This document shows positions 60,383 to 64,000 of a stretch of 64,000 bases of DNA, one piece after another. The notes under the pieces are model-generated. The model did no database searches and was not told the DNA's origin. It was given only the letters and a program-made list of their open reading frames with translations. The position numbers and the translations under genes are program-made. Where the stretch lies: NCBI GenBank assembly GCA_963783385.1, contig CAWANJ010000002.1, positions 1 through 64,000 of the forward strand, read 5' to 3'. Each line of letters starts with the position of its first letter. Position 1 is the first letter of the stretch. This DNA comes from an uncultured Gemmatimonadales bacterium (GTDB lineage: Bacteria; Gemmatimonadota; Gemmatimonadetes; Palauibacterales; Palauibacteraceae).

Positions 60383-61645
60383 CTACTGGCTTGAGCCGCT
60401 TCCGGAGGGCGCGAGCGGGCAACCCGAGCCGATGCAGACTTTGACGTGGTGGCTGGCGGTCGCCGTGTCGGGCGGAGAAACCGCAGTAAGATCCAGTGTG
60501 AAGCTCGTATCGTTAGCGTACACATAGCGTCTGTACGTGCTATCCGAGCCCACGCTCGAGCACGTCCCTCCGTCCGGGCAGAAGTCCCATGCATATGAGT
60601 AGCTCCCCGACCCGCCGCTAGGATTGGCCGACCACGTGTAGTTGCCTGCGGAGCTGATATAGCCGGTACCATTGATCCCAACGCTGAACGAGGGAACGTT
60701 GTGGTAGAGGTTCACCGTCGTGGCGGTATGGGTCGCGCTGAAATCACAGGATGGCGAAAGACCCGATGTTACATGGTTGTACCAGGTCGGAGAAAGACCG
60801 GTACCATTGAGATCCTTGGTCGCAACGCCTGTGTAGAAGACCCCATTCTGCGGAAACTGACTGCATTGCGTCAGGCTGTAGACCTCGACGCCCCCCCCGC
60901 TTGCCCAGGTGTAGTTGTCGTTATCGTCCGCGGTCCAATCGGAGCGCGATCCTGTGATGACATCCACGAGAACGATGGTCCATGTGCAGGTCCCGTTCAC
61001 GCAAGAGCTGGCCTGGACGCTACCATGGATGGAGTCCCCGGTAGTCGCCATGATGGTATCGCCGTGGAGACAGTCCGAGCCCGAGTTGCAGCGCCAAGAG
61101 GCCCCGCTCCAGAAGGAGCCGCCGTAGTCTCCGTTATACCCGTATTGGAGAACCGGTTGGATGATGTAGGAGCTGTTCTCAAGGCCTGGGAAGGTGTAGT
61201 AGACTTCCTGGCCGGAGTATGAGCCGCTGGGCTTTGCCGGCACCTTCCAGTCTGCGGTCAGCGTACCGAACGTATCGGACGAGAGCGTCGCCGAGTCCCA
61301 CTCAAGCCAGCCGTTGAGGGACGGAGAGGCCACTGAATGCGAAGACCCCGCCCATTGCGGTAGGTTCGGGTGCGCTGGATGTGTACACGCGGGAAGTTGG
61401 AACGTCGAACCATCCGAACGTGTGACGCGCCCGTGAAGCCCGACGTGCGCGCCATTGGGAATCTGATGCACGCACGAACGGTCATACAATCCGGCGGGCG
61501 TGGCGACATAAGCGCCCTGACTTTCCATGGCTCCAAGGGACGCCCTAAGCCCCTTCGGTCCGGTGGGGTTCTTCTGATCCGAGCAGGCAACGGCCCCAAG
61601 CATTACGGCGATAACCAGTAGAGCTATGGGAGTTCGACCCTTCAT
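60383..61645 (-). CDS. Lipoprotein: pro-region + putative glutamic-peptidase (G1/neprosin-like) domain + PKD/Ig-like tail
   Basis: GGAGGGAGG RBS, lipobox AVAC, WKVP, FPGLE, IIQPVLQYG, GDSIHG, VEVY..C..FP, tail YTWSANPSGGSGSYSYAW; protease function is inferred. Confidence 0.7.
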   Translation of the reverse strand: MKGRTPIALLVIAVMLGAVACSDQKNPTGPKGLRASLGAMESQGAYVATPAGLYDRSCVHQIPNGAHVGLHGRVTRSDGSTFQLPACTHPAHPNLPQWAGSSHSVASPSLNGWLEWDSATLSSDTFGTLTADWKVPAKPSGSYSGQEVYYTFPGLENSSYIIQPVLQYGYNGDYGGSFWSGASWRCNSGSDCLHGDTIMATTGDSIHGSVQASSCVNGTCTWTIVLVDVITGSRSDWTADDNDNYTWASGGGVEVYSLTQCSQFPQNGVFYTGVATKDLNGTGLSPTWYNHVTSGLSPSCDFSATHTATTVNLYHNVPSFSVGINGTGYISSAGNYTWSANPSGGSGSYSYAWDFCPDGGTCSSVGSDSTYRRYVYANDTSFTLDLTAVSPPDTATASHHVKVCIGSGCPLAPSGSGSSQ

Positions 61646-61740
61646 GCCTGACCTCCCTCCGTGTTGCAGTCGGTCGCGTGCTGTGCGGCGATGTCGCTGC
61701 TCGTACCTCCTCAGCTTGCCATCGGTCATGCCGTATGTGT

Positions 61741-61788
61741 AACGTTTGAATTGAAGATTTGTGACAAACCCCGGGATCTGGTGGCGTT
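61741..61788. promoter_or_regulatory. Candidate divergent ECF-sigma promoters
   Basis: Minus strand TGTCACA-N15-CGTT; plus strand TGTGACA-N18-CGTT; both share the near-palindrome at 61760-61766. Confidence 0.4.
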
Positions 61789-61844
61789 CAGATTCGGCGA
61801 AACTGCGTTGCGCTGGACCCCGGGGCAGCGGGAGGCTGGCTGGT

Positions 61845-62369
61845 GTGAACTACCGTGCCGCGTTTGCCCGGTACTACGAACCGCTCGTCCGCTACGCCTA
61901 CACGCTGATCGGAGACTCCGACCGGGCTGAGGATCTGGCCCAAGAAGCCTTTGCCCGACTGCTCGAGCAGGACCTTCCAGAGGCCAGCGTCCAGAGCTGG
62001 CTTTTCCGCGTAATCCGAAATCTCGTCCGAGACGGGACTCGCTCGCGGCGGCGGCGGCAGCGGCTACTCGCCGAGGCACGGCCGTACCACCGCCAAATCG
62101 ACCCTCCTGATGTGGTGCTCGAGCGGAACGAGACCATTGAAAGGGTAAGCCGGGCGCTCTCGAAACTGCCGGAACGCGACCGCACGATGCTCCTCCTCCG
62201 ACACCGGGGCTTCAGCTACGCCGAGATCGCCCAGCGCACAGGAGTAGCGCGAAGCTCGGTGGGGACGCTTCTGGCCCGAGCACTGCGCCGGTTCGAACGT
62301 GCCTATCAGAAGGGGAACGAGGATCGACCCGGCGACGCGGCCTCAAAAGCCGGAGGGAGCGTGGCATGA
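61845..62369 (+). CDS. ECF RNA polymerase sigma factor
   Basis: AEDLAQEAFARL, WLFRVIRN, LPERDRTMLLL, GFSYAEIA...SVGTLLARA; GGAGG RBS. Confidence 0.93.
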   Translation: MNYRAAFARYYEPLVRYAYTLIGDSDRAEDLAQEAFARLLEQDLPEASVQSWLFRVIRNLVRDGTRSRRRRQRLLAEARPYHRQIDPPDVVLERNETIERVSRALSKLPERDRTMLLLRHRGFSYAEIAQRTGVARSSVGTLLARALRRFERAYQKGNEDRPGDAASKAGGSVA

Positions 62370-63178
62370 CACTCAGGCCGACCGAGAGTGGCCACGTCTG
62401 TGACGGAACGCTCATGGCTTTCCTCGATGAAGAGCTCAAGGCAGCGCAACGGGCCGCCGTGGGCCGCCATGTGCACGCGTGCCGTGCATGCGGCGAGCGG
62501 CTGGCACGGCTGCGGACCGCGTCTAACCAGCTGTCTGGGGCGCTCCCAGCCCTGCACGACGATCCGGTCCTGCCAGCAGACGCCGTCTCCTTATCCCTGA
62601 CTCCTCGCGCATTGACCGGGCGGCAGGGCCGGACGGGCCAAGCGCCGCGGAGTCGACGACGGCCCGTCAGCCCGCGTCGTCGGTGGCGGGCCGGTGTGTG
62701 GGCAGCAGCGCTGGTCGTTCTCTCCGCCGGAGCCCTGGCAGCTTTCCCCGGCTCCCCGGTGCACACCTGGCTGTCCCGGAAGCTAGGCGACCTGGCGCGA
62801 GGACAGTCGGCCGCCGCGCGTGGCTCTCCAACGCCGCCGCCGCCCGTGGTCTCCATCCTTCCCTACGAGGGATCGGTCACCGTACGACTCACCGGCACCA
62901 CGTCCGCAACCCACGTCCATGTGCGGCTCGTGGCAGGCACCGAAGCCCGCGTCGAAGCGCCGGGCGCCACTTTCCGAGCGGGCCCTGGATTTGTAGACGT
63001 TTCGGAAGGGAGTGAAAGCGAACATATCACAATCGACCTCCCGCGAAGCGTCCGGTCCGCCCGCGTGGAAATCGACGGAAGGCTGGCGGTGATCAAGGAT
63101 GGGGAGCTCCTCCGGCGTGTGGGAGCAGCCACGGGAACAAGCGACAGCTCCGTTGAGCTCGGGGGAGGAGTGCCATGA
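62366..63178 (+). CDS. Zinc-finger (ZAS/zf-HC2) transmembrane anti-sigma factor
   Basis: HVHACRAC (Hx3Cx2C), one TM segment, beta-rich C-terminal domain; ATGA-coupled to the sigma gene. Confidence 0.88.
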   Translation: MTLRPTESGHVCDGTLMAFLDEELKAAQRAAVGRHVHACRACGERLARLRTASNQLSGALPALHDDPVLPADAVSLSLTPRALTGRQGRTGQAPRSRRRPVSPRRRWRAGVWAAALVVLSAGALAAFPGSPVHTWLSRKLGDLARGQSAAARGSPTPPPPVVSILPYEGSVTVRLTGTTSATHVHVRLVAGTEARVEAPGATFRAGPGFVDVSEGSESEHITIDLPRSVRSARVEIDGRLAVIKDGELLRRVGAATGTSDSSVELGGGVP

Positions 63179-64000
63179 CGCGGCTCCTCCTCGCGGTGCT
63201 GATCGTACCGCTTCCGGCACGTCCAGCGCTTGGTGCGTGGTTGGAGGCGTCGACTGCGATGCGTTCCGTCTATGGGGGTCAGGGGAGCCTATCGACGCCA
63301 CCGGCCGGTTCAGCCCCGTCAGCAGCCCACGCCGATACAACCGCAGGCAGTATCGCCGGGCGCCTATCCGCCAACGGAAGTGGCCCCCCGCTGGCCTCGG
63401 CGACCGTCGAGGCCCAGGGCCCGGGCGGCTCCCGCGTGATCCATGCGAACGTGGACGGCGTCTACCGAATCTTGGGACTCAAGCCCGGAGTGTGGTGGCT
63501 AAGCGCGCGCGCCCTCGACTACGCCTCGACGAAGGTCGCGGTTACACTTCCCGCGGGCGGCCACGTGAAGCTCAACCTCGCTCTTGACCTCCAGCCCGTA
63601 ACTCTGCCGAGCCTGAAGGTCGCAGCAAAGCGCCGATGTGTCGGCGGCACGCTCCGCATTCGGGAATGGGAACCCGCTCGAAGCAGCGCAGGCGGCAGAC
63701 CTCCTGAGCCTCAGCCCGGCTAGCGCCTCCGCGACGGTTGACCTCTCCACAGCGGCACGCGGCGTCTTAGCTGGGGCGCCGCAGACGAAGGCGAGCACCC
63801 TCTTCATGCCGGCGGCAGCGCGGAATGGCGGACGAGTCCTGCTGGACGGGGCGCCGGTTGTGGCTCCCGTGGAGCTTGCCGGACTCCTGTCACCTTTCCC
63901 GGCCGGGGTCTGGGGCACGGTACAGCTCGATCGGGCCGGCGCGCCCGTTCGTTTCGAGGCAGGCGGCATGGGCCTCCTCCGCCTCGACACCCGGGAGCCG
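63175..64000 (+). CDS. TonB-dependent receptor-like protein (carboxypeptidase-regulatory-like N-domain + plug); frameshift near 63630; truncated by the window
   Basis: GSIAGRL...PLASATV...DGVYRILGLKPG domain; the +1 frame gives a plug-like VLLDGAPVVAPVELAGLLSPF...GAPVRFEAGGMGLLRLDTR. Confidence 0.7.

Larger units (their letters stand above)
59620..64000. other. Lower-GC accessory island (runs past the window end)
   Basis: Abrupt visible rise in A/T content and A/T-ending codons after the DPP IV stop; no integrase or tRNA seen in the window. Confidence 0.6.

Noticed and set aside
63620-63723. Programmed frameshift in the TonB-like gene
   Set aside because: No slippery heptamer is evident, and similar single-base indels occur across the window, so error or decay is more likely

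Overview
A very GC-rich bacterial chromosomal segment. Gene order (mfd-surA-pdxA-ftsE-ftsX-envC-holB-moaC; smpB-amidase-pyrK-pyrD-pyrF) and protein style suggest Gemmatimonadota, which is an inference and not a database result. About 9-39 kb is mostly housekeeping and envelope core. The flanks are accessory: a sigma54 two-component pair divergent from a nucleotide-sugar epimerase, a porin behind a Fur-like box, a HEAT-repeat plus HD-GYP gene pair sharing an unnamed N-terminal domain, several secreted peptidases and hydrolases, and small gene relics. The last ~4.3 kb is a visibly lower-GC island. It holds an ECF sigma factor, a zinc-finger anti-sigma and a TonB-receptor-like gene, divergent from a putative glutamic-peptidase-like lipoprotein and a small lipoprotein. 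The small lipoprotein carries an inserted copy of the larger protein's 41-aa pro-region (24/41 identical, ungapped), the most novel-looking signal here. Three canonical sigma54 -24/-12 promoters are visible. Several genes carry single-base indels, probably long-read errors. No rRNA, tRNA, CRISPR array or transposase was seen. All family assignments come from motif recognition by eye.
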